NCBI GenBank assembly: GCA_943358385.1
Contig: CALRGX010000005.1
Coordinates: forward strand, 2,886-66,885
Direction of reading: 5' to 3'
Length of the DNA: 64,000 nt
From: Parcubacteria group bacterium
GTDB taxonomy: Bacteria; Patescibacteriota; Minisyncoccia; Phycocordibacterales; UBA2100
A program made the translations under genes and the position numbers. Under the pieces are notes generated by a model, which was given only the letters and a program-made list of their open reading frames with translations, was not told where the DNA came from and ran no database searches. The stretch's first letter is position 1. Every line of letters begins with the position of its first letter. Shown here piece after piece: positions 19,355 through 28,991 of this stretch.

Positions 19355-21013
19355 ATGGCAAATAAACAAGTTCTCTTTGGTCAGGATGTACGCGAAGCGC
19401 TGAAGCGTGGCGTGGATACGGTTGCAAATGCGGTGAAAGTTACCCTCGGGCCGCGAGGACGCAATGTGGCACTCGACAAGGCATTTGGTGGTCCACGCAT
19501 CACGAACGATGGTGTGTCGATCGCAAAAGAAATTTCTTTGAAGGATAAGTTTGCAAACATGGGCGTAGAAGTGGTGAAAGAAGTCGCCACAAAAACGAAC
19601 GACAAAGCAGGAGACGGTACCACCACTGCCGTTGTGTTGACCCAGGCAATCGTTTCAGAAGGCCTGAAGCGCGCAGCTATGGGCGCTAATGCGGTCATGA
19701 TTCGCCGCGGCATCGAGAAAGCGGCACGGGATGCCGTTGCCGAGTTGCGAAAAATGGCGAAGGAAGTGAAAGGAAAGAATGAAATTAAGCAGGTAGCTGC
19801 TATTTCTGCAGAATCGGAGGAACTGGGCGCCACGATTGCCGACACTATCGAAAAGGTGGGGAAGGATGGCGTGGTGACGGTAGAAGAATCGCAGTCGCTT
19901 GGAACAGAGATTGATTTGGTTGAAGGGATGGAATTTGATCGTGGATACGTCTCGGCCTACATGATCACCAACCCAGAGCGCATGGAAGCAGTGATGAAAG
20001 ATGCGTCAATACTTATCACCGACAAAAAGATCTCGTCAATTCAAGAGGTGCTGCCTTTCTTAGAGAAATTTCTACAGAGCGGCAAGAAAGAATTAGTTAT
20101 TATTGCTGATGATGTTGATGGCGAGGCACTCACCACTTTTGTGGTCAACAAGCTTCGAGGCGTCTTCACTGTCTTGGCGGTAAAAGCACCTGGGTATGGG
20201 GATCGCAAGAAAGAGCAGCTGCAGGATATTGCAACAACTATCGGCGCAACGGTCATTTCTGAAGAGGTGGGCCTGAAGTTCGATGCATTGGAGCTTTCAG
20301 TACTTGGACGCGCACAGCGTGTAGTTGCCACGAAAGACTCGACGTTGATTGTAGGCGGTAAGGGAAAGAAGCCTGAGATTGAAGCACGCATCGAGCAGTT
20401 GAAAAAGCAGATCGCTGTTACAGAATCTAAGTTCGATAAGGAGAAGCTGAACGAGCGCTTGGCAAAGCTTTCAGGCGGCGTTGCGGTCATCCGTGTGGGT
20501 GCGGCAACAGAAACCGAGATGAAGTACCTCAAGGATAAAATTGAGGACGCGGTGAATGCTACGAAAGCAGCTATTGCAGAAGGTATTGTTCCTGGTGGCG
20601 GCGCGGCACTCGTGAAGGTGGCCGACAAGCTCATGAAAAAGGTGGATGCGACTGCACACGATGAGTTTTCTATCGGCTACAAGATTCTGGTCCAAGCACT
20701 CTATGCACCGATGAAGCAGATTGCAAAAAATGCCGGATTCGATGACGCATCAGCAGTGGTGAAGATGGTGTCCGACAAGGGTGGAAACTGGGGTTTTGAT
20801 GCAAGTGCGGACAGCACCGAGCCAAAACTCGTCGATATGATTGAGCACGGCATCATCGATCCAGTGAAAGTAACCAGGAGTGGTGTGGAAAATGCCGCAT
20901 CAGCAGCAGCGGTACTTTTGACCACCGAAGCGGCGGTTGCAGACGAACCAGAAGATGAAAAGAGAGAGAATCATAACCACGGCATGAGCGACATGGGTGG
21001 GATGGATTACTGA
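19355..21013 (+). CDS. groEL: Chaperonin GroEL
   Basis: VTLGPRGRNV, GDGTTTA, GGM tail. Confidence 0.99.
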   Translation: MANKQVLFGQDVREALKRGVDTVANAVKVTLGPRGRNVALDKAFGGPRITNDGVSIAKEISLKDKFANMGVEVVKEVATKTNDKAGDGTTTAVVLTQAIVSEGLKRAAMGANAVMIRRGIEKAARDAVAELRKMAKEVKGKNEIKQVAAISAESEELGATIADTIEKVGKDGVVTVEESQSLGTEIDLVEGMEFDRGYVSAYMITNPERMEAVMKDASILITDKKISSIQEVLPFLEKFLQSGKKELVIIADDVDGEALTTFVVNKLRGVFTVLAVKAPGYGDRKKEQLQDIATTIGATVISEEVGLKFDALELSVLGRAQRVVATKDSTLIVGGKGKKPEIEARIEQLKKQIAVTESKFDKEKLNERLAKLSGGVAVIRVGAATETEMKYLKDKIEDAVNATKAAIAEGIVPGGGAALVKVADKLMKKVDATAHDEFSIGYKILVQALYAPMKQIAKNAGFDDASAVVKMVSDKGGNWGFDASADSTEPKLVDMIEHGIIDPVKVTRSGVENAASAAAVLLTTEAAVADEPEDEKRENHNHGMSDMGGMDY

Positions 21014-21125
21014 GGTAGGGAAAAGGGAGAAGTAAGAAGGGAGAAGGGGGAGTAGGTTGTAGGTGCGAGAAAAGAGGAGGTAGGTGGTAGGTGACAGGTT
21101 GTAGGTGTGAGAAAAAGGGAAAGAA
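21014..21125 (+). repeat. Purine-rich tract with heptamer repeats
   Basis: TAGGTTG/TAGGTGG/TAGGTGA/CAGGTTG units. Confidence 0.6.
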
Positions 21126-21191
21126 AACAGGCGCAACCGTTGGTTGCGCCTGTTGGGTAAAAGGGAACGCCGGCACAGGGTGCCGGCGTTC
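21126..21191. terminator. Two tandem hairpins between convergent genes
   Basis: AACAGGCGCAACC...GGTTGCGCCTGTT and GAACGCCGGCAC...GTGCCGGCGTTC. Confidence 0.75.
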
Positions 21192-21206
21192 GAGTTGGAC
21201 AGTTGC

Positions 21207-21782
21207 TTACGCGGTCGCGTTCTTCTTCGCGAAGAACGCGTCGCGCTTGGCTTGCGCTGCGGCGCCGAGGCTTGCCTTCGTTACGACGAGGCCGTGCTGA
21301 GACGCTACCTCGTCCTCGACAGAGATTGCCTTCACGGGGAAAGCAGTCTCGCCGTGGAGGAGGAGCGCGCTCACCAAATCGTCTTCGCTGCAGTAGGCGA
21401 TAACCGTGCTCCACCGCGTTTCGGCGAAGAGCATGGTCATGAGGCCGGCGTTGTCGTGCAAGGCCAGTTCGCGGCGGCGCGGTTCCGGGATTTCTCGCGG
21501 TTCCGTGCTGAACACGAACGTGAGCAGAGAATGCGGTTTGCCATCCTTGTTCTCGCGGTTTTGGACGAACACGTCCACCAGGCGGTGTCCCATGTTGGCC
21601 AGAAGTGCGGGCAAGTTGGCGAGCGTCGCGCCGTGCCGCTCGAAGGCGATATCACGTCCGGGCTTCGCGGCGCGGACAGTGCGTTCGGCAGTCGACTCCG
21701 TCGGCTTCCGCCGCACTCCCGTCGGGAAGACGGTGTTCGCTTCGAGCTTGAACTGAATCAATACGTCTTTCTTGCTGAGCAT
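21207..21782 (-). CDS. Hypothetical protein, GC-rich codon usage (orphan cassette)
   Basis: AGGAG SD; TTGACA upstream at about 21847; own terminator. Confidence 0.7.
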   Translation of the reverse strand: MLSKKDVLIQFKLEANTVFPTGVRRKPTESTAERTVRAAKPGRDIAFERHGATLANLPALLANMGHRLVDVFVQNRENKDGKPHSLLTFVFSTEPREIPEPRRRELALHDNAGLMTMLFAETRWSTVIAYCSEDDLVSALLLHGETAFPVKAISVEDEVASQHGLVVTKASLGAAAQAKRDAFFAKKNATA

Positions 21783-21909
21783 TGGATCTCTCCTGGTTTG
21801 CTCGTTGGACTGTTGTGTATTGTACTATGTTTCGAAGAATATGTCAATTACCGGCCAACGTGCATAAAGTCCTGCATTTGCAGGGAAATAGGCGTGCTAC
21901 CATAAAACT

Positions 21910-22914
21910 ATGCACATCGTATTCGACATTATGGAAGCTGAGGAGCGGGCGCTCTACGAAGCCGCCTTTGCAGGTCATCAATTAACATTTTTGGATACCG
22001 CTATTACTGAAGAAACCGTTGTTCCCGCAGACACCGAGCTCCTCTCGGTGTTCATTGCATCGAAAGTACCGGCAACACTTCTTGAAAAACTGCCTCAGCT
22101 GAAATTCATTACGACGCGGTCTATGGGGTACGATCACATAGATGTAAAGGCAGCACGTGCGCGTGGCGTGGCGGTTGCATCGGTCCCGAGCTACGGCGTG
22201 CGCACGGTCGCGGAATTTACTTTCGCGCTCATTTTGGCGCTGTCGCGTAAGGTGTATGACGCCTATGACCGACTGCGCTCGGAGGGGACCACTGATGTAA
22301 AAGATTTTGAGGGATTTGACTTGGCAGGACAAACTATCGGCATTGTGGGGACCGGCAACATCGGGCGAAATGTCGGGCGAATTGCAAAAGGCTTTGGTAT
22401 GCATGTGATGCTCTATGATCCGCATCACAATCACGCATTCGCACAGGAAGTGGGTGCGCACTACGTGGAGTTAGACGAATTAGTGATGAATAGCAGCATC
22501 GTCTCTATGCATGTGCCGTATATGCCTGCGACGCATCATTTGGTCAATGAGGCACTGCTGCAAAAATTTAAGCCGGGCGCGTATCTGATCAACACCTCGC
22601 GTGGTGGGATTGTGGACACCAAGGCATTGGTGATAGCTCTTACAGAGGGGCGCCTAGCAGGTGCGGGCCTCGATGTTGTGGAAGGCGAGCGAGAGCTGCT
22701 GGATGAAATGTCGCTCCTTTCAAACGAACACCACGACATCAATCAATTTCAGTCACTGGTTGCGGCACACGAGCTCCTCCACATGCCGAATGTGATACTC
22801 ACGCCGCACATTGCGTTTAACACCAAAAATGCGAAGCGTGAAATCGTGGATGTCACCGTGTGCAACATTAAAGACTTCCTTGACGGAAAACCACAGAATG
22901 TCATTCCTGCATGA
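21910..22914 (+). CDS. D-isomer-specific 2-hydroxyacid dehydrogenase (D-lactate DH / hydroxypyruvate reductase-like)
   Basis: GYDHID, GTGNIG, INTSRG, LDVVEGE, TPHIAF. Confidence 0.9.
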   Translation: MHIVFDIMEAEERALYEAAFAGHQLTFLDTAITEETVVPADTELLSVFIASKVPATLLEKLPQLKFITTRSMGYDHIDVKAARARGVAVASVPSYGVRTVAEFTFALILALSRKVYDAYDRLRSEGTTDVKDFEGFDLAGQTIGIVGTGNIGRNVGRIAKGFGMHVMLYDPHHNHAFAQEVGAHYVELDELVMNSSIVSMHVPYMPATHHLVNEALLQKFKPGAYLINTSRGGIVDTKALVIALTEGRLAGAGLDVVEGERELLDEMSLLSNEHHDINQFQSLVAAHELLHMPNVILTPHIAFNTKNAKREIVDVTVCNIKDFLDGKPQNVIPA

Positions 22915-24176
22915 GTCGCCATATTCAAAATTTCGAAGAGCTAGCGCGCACTGGTGAGAGGCGAGATGTGCTTGCGTGCCTCGAAGCTGCCTACGATGCG
23001 ATTGATACTGAGAAAGTGATTCTCAAGAGTGTGCACCTAGAGGACGGGGTGCTCACCATTCTCGGGACGTCGTGGCAACTTAATGAGTATGAGCATGTAT
23101 ACATCATTGGGTTTGGAAAAGTGGCATGCAAAGCAGCGTCGGTCCTTGAAAATGTGTTGGGTGAGCGCGTGAAGGATGGGGCAGTGGTGGGGTCTGCGGA
23201 GTACAGCTGTGCAGTTATTTCTACATACAAGGGTACACACCCACTGCCGTCGCAGGCAAATTTTTTAGCCAGTGCGCACATTGGTCGGATTGGAGAAACA
23301 CTTACCGCTCGCGATTTGGTTCTGGTGGTAGTGGGCGGCGGCGGGAGCGCCATGCTGTGCGGCTCGGAAGAGGAGAAAGAACAAGGTGCGCGACTCTATA
23401 ATTCGTTCCTCGGGAGTGGTGGCACTATTGATGAGTTGAACGTGGTGCGCCGGCACATTTCCCCTTTGAAAGGTGGCGGCCTGGTGCAGATGCTTCACCC
23501 CGCCGAAGTTATTGGACTTATTTTCTCTGACGTGGTGGGAGGGCACCCTTCTACGGTTGCGTCGGGACCCACCTACTACGACGAAACAACTGCTGCTGAT
23601 GCGCAGCGCATCATCAACACGTACCAGCTGGGTAGCTACAAGCTGATAGAGACACCAAAAGAACGTTCCTACTTTGAAAAGGTAACCAACTTACTTTTGG
23701 TTTCAAATGAGACGGCTGTCGTTGCCATGGCAACCAAGGCGCGCGAGCTTGGCTATGCGACCATCATTCCACCGTGTAATCCATACGCCACGCCCGAAGA
23801 ATTGGTGCGCTGCCTCATGGGCGCAGCAACGCCGCATTCAATAGTGTGTGTGGGTGGCGAGCCGCGCCTGGCGGTGCCCGAGGGGACCGTGGGCCATGGA
23901 GGCCGAGCGACTGCCACTGCACTTTCAGCGCTTTCGTTTCTGCAAGAGCAGCACACATTTGTTGGCAGTGCATCAGATGGACACGATAACGGAGAGCATG
24001 CTGGTGCTATTGTTGATACGGCGAGCTTCAAAAAACTACACGAAGAAAAAATAGATATCGCGGCACATCTCGTTGCGTGCGATTCTGCTTCCGCACTGAC
24101 GCGTTCAAAGGATGTCTTGATGACCGGCACCGTTGAGGCAAATGTGTCGGACGTGTTTCTCCTACTTACCAAGTAA
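22911..24176 (+). CDS. Glycerate 2-kinase (DUF4147/MOFRL)
   Basis: GFGK, HPLP, GGGSAM, LKGGGL, SDV, SGPT, SDGHD. Confidence 0.85.
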   Translation: MSRHIQNFEELARTGERRDVLACLEAAYDAIDTEKVILKSVHLEDGVLTILGTSWQLNEYEHVYIIGFGKVACKAASVLENVLGERVKDGAVVGSAEYSCAVISTYKGTHPLPSQANFLASAHIGRIGETLTARDLVLVVVGGGGSAMLCGSEEEKEQGARLYNSFLGSGGTIDELNVVRRHISPLKGGGLVQMLHPAEVIGLIFSDVVGGHPSTVASGPTYYDETTAADAQRIINTYQLGSYKLIETPKERSYFEKVTNLLLVSNETAVVAMATKARELGYATIIPPCNPYATPEELVRCLMGAATPHSIVCVGGEPRLAVPEGTVGHGGRATATALSALSFLQEQHTFVGSASDGHDNGEHAGAIVDTASFKKLHEEKIDIAAHLVACDSASALTRSKDVLMTGTVEANVSDVFLLLTK

Positions 24177-24186
24177 CTATTATTGT

Positions 24187-25398
24187 ATGTCGGCATGCAT
24201 TGAAAACATTGAGGCGTTTCAGATTGAAGACTCGCGCAAGCGGCCGGCGTTGCGAGTGGTAGTGCGTGCGGGAGGGGGCGAAGGCTCTTTTGATGTACCG
24301 AGCGGTGCCTCTACGGGGAGTCGTGAGGCGCGTGAGCTGCGCGACCCTGATGGAGGTCTCACGAAAGCAATGCGCTGCATCACCGAAGAAATCGCGCCAG
24401 CTCTTTTCGGGCGAGATGCAGAAAAGCAGCGCCTGATAGATGAGACACTTCTGGCACTTGATGGGACCCCTTTGAAGGAGAGAATGGGTGGGAATAGTTT
24501 GATCGGTGTTTCTGTGGCGGTTGCGCGTGCTGCAGCAAGCGCGCGCGGAGTGCCACTCTCGACACACCTGCGCGAGCTTGCCGACATTCCTCGCTCGCGA
24601 CACGCGCCACACTTGTTCGTCAACCTCATTAACGGCGGCAAACATGCCGAGGGGGGTAGTTCTATTCAGGAGCATCAGATAGTCACGCTTGATGAAGATC
24701 CGCGTGTTGCGTTTGCGACCGCCGAGCGGGTGGAGCGTGCACTGCATGAATTGCTTACCGAAGAGGGGCGTCCTTTCACGATGGGCGATGAGGGTGGCGT
24801 GGTATTTCCGGTTACTGATGCATCCACTGCATTTGAGGTGCTGTTCCGTGCGGTGCAGAAAGCTGGTGCAGAGAAAGAGGTGGTGCTGGGGAGCGACATG
24901 GCGGCGTCGTCATTTTTCGGTAACGGCACCTACACGCTGTGCGGCTCATCGTACGATACAGCGCAACTGTCGGAGCAGTACCACCAATTAATACAGCGCT
25001 ACCCGCTCACCTTTATTGAAGATCCTTTTGATGAAAATGATGTGCCGGCCTTTGCGGCGTTTCAAGCAGCTCACCCTGGTGTGGTGGTCATTGGAGATGA
25101 TCTCACTACCACAACTGCATCTGCAATTACTGAAGCAGGTACCAAGGGGGCAATACAAGCGGTAATTATTAAACCGAATCAGGTTGGCACGTTGTCGGAA
25201 ACGCTTGCTGCGATGCAAGCTGCGCGTGTGGAAGGAGTACACTGCATCATGTCGCACAGAAGTGGGGAAACTATGGATGCTTTTATTGCTGACATGGCCT
25301 ATGCATACGGTACTCTTGGTCTGAAGGCAGGTGCGCCGAGTGCGCGCGAACGTGCGGTAAAATATCAGCGACTTATAGAGCTTTATGGAAACCACTAA
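24187..25398 (+). CDS. eno: Enolase
   Basis: VPSGASTGSREA, GDEGG, IEDPF, GDDL, SHRSGET. Confidence 0.95.
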   Translation: MSACIENIEAFQIEDSRKRPALRVVVRAGGGEGSFDVPSGASTGSREARELRDPDGGLTKAMRCITEEIAPALFGRDAEKQRLIDETLLALDGTPLKERMGGNSLIGVSVAVARAAASARGVPLSTHLRELADIPRSRHAPHLFVNLINGGKHAEGGSSIQEHQIVTLDEDPRVAFATAERVERALHELLTEEGRPFTMGDEGGVVFPVTDASTAFEVLFRAVQKAGAEKEVVLGSDMAASSFFGNGTYTLCGSSYDTAQLSEQYHQLIQRYPLTFIEDPFDENDVPAFAAFQAAHPGVVVIGDDLTTTTASAITEAGTKGAIQAVIIKPNQVGTLSETLAAMQAARVEGVHCIMSHRSGETMDAFIADMAYAYGTLGLKAGAPSARERAVKYQRLIELYGNH

Positions 25399-26197
25399 CA
25401 CCAGTTCACGAACCCAAATTGTTGCGACACTTGGCCCTGCATCAGAAAAGCCAGAGACGCTGCGCGCGATGATTGCAGCAGGCATGGATGTGGCGCGATT
25501 GAATTTGGCGTGGGGACCCGAAGAGGAGCACCGGCGATTCATTCGCGATGTGCGTGCGATGGCAGAGGAAGTGGGGAAAAAGGTCCCTATACTGTGTGAT
25601 TTGGCAGGGCCGCGCGTTCAAGAAGGTGGTGAACATCATTTTGGAGAAAAAGCAGGAAGCATTATTACGGTCAAAGACCGGGCCGACGTGGCGGTGGGTG
25701 TTTCTGCGTCGGTAGAATACTTTGCGCTGTCATATGTAGGCGGGGCTGCTGACATCGAAGAGCTTCGCCAGATATTAAAAGATACAGGAAGCACGGCGCG
25801 CATCATTGCAAAAATAGAGCGTCCTGAGGCAGTGGAACATATAGAAGGGATTATCCGCGCGGCAGACGGCATCATGGTTGCGCGAGGTGATTTAGGAAAT
25901 GCACTCCCGTTTGAGCAGGTACCTTTTGTGCAGCATCGCCTTACCATCCTGGCGCGGGCATTGGGAAAGCCAGTGATTGTGGCGACCGAGATGATGACAT
26001 CGATGATTGAAGGCGACCGTCCCTCGCGCGCGGATGTCACCGACGTGGCATTTGCGGTGGTGACGGGCGCTGATGCGGTGATGCTTTCAAATGAAACGAC
26101 AGCCGGGAAGGATCCGGTTGCCGTTATTGCGGCGATGGAAAAAATTGTATCCGAGGCTGAGAAACACAGTGTGCCTTTTGGGCACCGCGCTCTCTAA
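25385..26197 (+). CDS. pyk: Minimal pyruvate kinase (A-domain only)
   Basis: IVATLGPAS, ARLN, AKIE, MVARGDLG, AVMLSNET. Confidence 0.9.
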   Translation: METTNTSSRTQIVATLGPASEKPETLRAMIAAGMDVARLNLAWGPEEEHRRFIRDVRAMAEEVGKKVPILCDLAGPRVQEGGEHHFGEKAGSIITVKDRADVAVGVSASVEYFALSYVGGAADIEELRQILKDTGSTARIIAKIERPEAVEHIEGIIRAADGIMVARGDLGNALPFEQVPFVQHRLTILARALGKPVIVATEMMTSMIEGDRPSRADVTDVAFAVVTGADAVMLSNETTAGKDPVAVIAAMEKIVSEAEKHSVPFGHRAL

Positions 26198-26255
26198 GAG
26201 AATCTCTAGGGTGTATCGAAAAGGGCGCAAGCATAGCTTGCGCCCTTGGATTCAT

Positions 26256-27437
26256 TCACACCGAACTAAACAGTGCCGCTGCGTGCACGCCGCCGATGCC
26301 TGACGACGTCTTGAGCAACAGCTTTTGCTCGCGGTGCAGCGGTTCACGCGGGAGGAAAATGTTTCCGCAGGCAGGGTCTTGTTCCGAAAGATAATTTCCA
26401 GGAACCGTTTCAGATACCATGCCTTGCAGACCGAGTACTAATTCCATCGCGCTCGCGGCACCGTTGCAGTGGCCGATAAGTGGCTTCACGGAGTACACAG
26501 GGGTGCCACGTGAGAGTAATCGCTCGAGCGCCTTGCCTTCGCCAATGTCTCCCGCAACAGTGCCCGGTGCATGCACATTCGCCACACTTATTTCCTGTGG
26601 CATCAGCCATGCGCGGTGCAATGCCGTCTCGATAGCGCGTTGTATGCCCGACCCCGAAGGATCGTTTGCATACGCAAAGCCATCGTTTACCGATGCGTAA
26701 CCGCGTACACGTGCAATAACGCGCGCGCGACGGGAATGGGCGTGATCGAACGTCTCCAAGACAAGTGCTGCTGCACCCTCACCAGGAATGGTGCCGTCGC
26801 GTGCGCGATCAAACGGCAGGCAGCGACTGGAAGGTGAGCACACGCCGAGTTGTGCGAATTGTTCGACGCACAGCTCGGTGAGGCTGGTTTCCACACCAAT
26901 GACAATCGCCTTCTGGATGTAGCCCAACTTCAGTTGATTGCACGCATCCATGAGCGCCTGCAGCGACCCTGTGCAAGCGCTGCTCACCATCTCGGTAACG
27001 CCCGTGATGCCGAAGTGTTTTGCTACCCAAAACGCAGGTGCCAGAGCGAGGCTCTGGATGAGTGCGTCACGGGGCAGAAGCCCTCCGATGTTGAGCGTGT
27101 GCTGATACGCGCTCTTGGTGTGGTCGGTGAAGCGTGAGCTGCCAACGAACACGCCCGTCTTGTCGCCGGATACTTCTACCAGGTCGGCGTCCCGAATGGC
27201 TGCATCTGAGACTGCTACTGCAGCTTGTACGCTGCGATCGAGCGTGCGAATTTTCGGGGGTAGATTGCTCGTATGAGCGGCAAAGTGGTCACCCAATTCG
27301 CATGTGCACGCCCGTATTCCCGTCGTTGATGTGCATGGCTTGTGGCGAGTGCGTTTTTTCAGAAGCGCGCGCCATGTCGCTTCGAGATGACCTGCTGCCG
27401 AGAGCAGGCTTGTGCCAGTAATCACTATGTCATGCAT
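26256..27437 (-). CDS. Stand-alone beta-ketoacyl synthase (FabF/FabB-like)
   Basis: SSACTG, PFDRARDG, HAPGT, SVKPLIGH triad motifs; GGAG SD; hairpin at about 26221-26248. Confidence 0.85.
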   Translation of the reverse strand: MHDIVITGTSLLSAAGHLEATWRALLKKRTRHKPCTSTTGIRACTCELGDHFAAHTSNLPPKIRTLDRSVQAAVAVSDAAIRDADLVEVSGDKTGVFVGSSRFTDHTKSAYQHTLNIGGLLPRDALIQSLALAPAFWVAKHFGITGVTEMVSSACTGSLQALMDACNQLKLGYIQKAIVIGVETSLTELCVEQFAQLGVCSPSSRCLPFDRARDGTIPGEGAAALVLETFDHAHSRRARVIARVRGYASVNDGFAYANDPSGSGIQRAIETALHRAWLMPQEISVANVHAPGTVAGDIGEGKALERLLSRGTPVYSVKPLIGHCNGAASAMELVLGLQGMVSETVPGNYLSEQDPACGNIFLPREPLHREQKLLLKTSSGIGGVHAAALFSSV

Positions 27438-27513
27438 CGGAAAGCTCCGTGTAAGAGAACAACTGCGGGCAGCATGCATGGTGCCCGCAGTCGCGTCAAC
27501 GTGCAGTACCATT

Positions 27514-28365
27514 CTAGGTCGTCGACAAAGGGTTCTGTACGCGCAGTGCTCGCGAAAAATCTTCGCGCGGAACAGGGCACACATCCTTCTTGGTGTAGGA
27601 GAGTGGTTCGCCCACCAAGCCTACTACCTTGAGAAGTTGTGACGCATGTGCGGTAAATAGATAACTATGATGCCACAGGGGGAGTTTGCTTTCCTTCCAC
27701 ACACGGCGGAGGTGCCACAGTGGGAGCGACGTACAGTTCTCAGCAATCAAATCGTAGAAGACCGGTCGCTCGCGTAGTTCGTCCATGCGGGTGAGCATAT
27801 CAACCAGGACCGCACGTATGTATTCCTTTGGTACACGCATCTCAAAAATAGAAACGGCTTCATCGGTGCGGTCGCAGATGCGTGTGCGCAGCACATCTGC
27901 TTCGGTTGTAGCAATGTACATCAGCTCTACAGGGCGGAAAAGTATCTTCCAGCCAAAGACCACATCGGTGCGTTTGCGTATTTCAATGGAAATGGGTAAG
28001 CAGCGCCCATCTTTAAACTCGAATGAGAAAAATACATGTGCCGCGAGCGGCCCGAACACTGATTCGATAAACCACAGCCGTTCAACGTCATCTAGGTTGT
28101 AGGTGGCATCGTGGTGGCGCACATCGTATTCCTCACCATTGGTCCCAGGGTAATAGTGGGAATCGCGTACGTTGTGGATGGTGACGGTTTTCCCGGTAGC
28201 ATCAAAGGTGGCACCTTGCAGGGTCTCTTGGTCTTTGGTCCACTGACGGTGGTTTGAGGGGGAAAGAATGAAGTGTTTGTAGCGCTGCCACAAGGCAAGT
28301 AGCAAGAGCACCACCGAAGCACCCATGAGAAAGTTGCTTATGAATTGCAGAATGGCATATGGCAT
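27514..28365 (-). CDS. DUF4105 / Lnb-like domain protein
   Basis: AHVFFSFEF...ISIEIRK, FYDLIAENCTS. Confidence 0.75.
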   Translation of the reverse strand: MPYAILQFISNFLMGASVVLLLLALWQRYKHFILSPSNHRQWTKDQETLQGATFDATGKTVTIHNVRDSHYYPGTNGEEYDVRHHDATYNLDDVERLWFIESVFGPLAAHVFFSFEFKDGRCLPISIEIRKRTDVVFGWKILFRPVELMYIATTEADVLRTRICDRTDEAVSIFEMRVPKEYIRAVLVDMLTRMDELRERPVFYDLIAENCTSLPLWHLRRVWKESKLPLWHHSYLFTAHASQLLKVVGLVGEPLSYTKKDVCPVPREDFSRALRVQNPLSTT

Positions 28366-28430
28366 CCAGGGGAGTGTAACACCAAAAAAGAGGGTTGCAT
28401 TTCATCAGCTGGAGGGTATAATTTTCTCAT

Positions 28431-28991
28431 ATGACACCACTATTTATTGTTCTTGGGATAGTTGCCGTACTAGTCGTTTGGTTTATTAGCGTCTACAACC
28501 GGTTTATCGCGCTTGCCAATCGTACGAAGGAAGCATCTTCGGATATCGAAGTGCAGCAGAAGCGTCGCTACGACCTCATTCCGAATTTGATTGAGACGGT
28601 GAAAGGGTATGCCGCACACGAAGCAGGAACACTGACGAAGGTGACCGAAATGCGCACACGCGCAATGAATGCAACGGCACCTGAAGAAAAAGCTGAAGCC
28701 GAGAATATGCTCTCTGGCGCATTGAAGTCACTGTTTGCCGTATCAGAAAATTACCCCACACTCCAGGCAAATGCGAACTTCATTGAGCTCCAGCGCGAAC
28801 TATCCGACACCGAAAACAAAATCCAGGCTGCGCGCCGCTTCTTTAACTCGGTGGTAAACGATTTGAACACGGCCCTCCAGACATTCCCGAGCAACATTGT
28901 GGGCGGTATGTTTGGCTTCAAAGAAGGAACACTGTTTGCACTTGATGCAACGGAGCAGGCGGCAAAGCAGCCCGTGAAAGTGAGCTTCTAG
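28431..28991 (+). CDS. lemA: LemA family protein
   Basis: RRYDLIPNL, ENYPTLQAN, ENKIQAARRFFN. Confidence 0.95.
   Translation: MTPLFIVLGIVAVLVVWFISVYNRFIALANRTKEASSDIEVQQKRRYDLIPNLIETVKGYAAHEAGTLTKVTEMRTRAMNATAPEEKAEAENMLSGALKSLFAVSENYPTLQANANFIELQRELSDTENKIQAARRFFNSVVNDLNTALQTFPSNIVGGMFGFKEGTLFALDATEQAAKQPVKVSF

Noticed and set aside
26256-28365. Secondary-metabolite (PKS) cluster
   Set aside because: No ACP, chain-length factor or tailoring genes are present; the ketosynthase is isolated.
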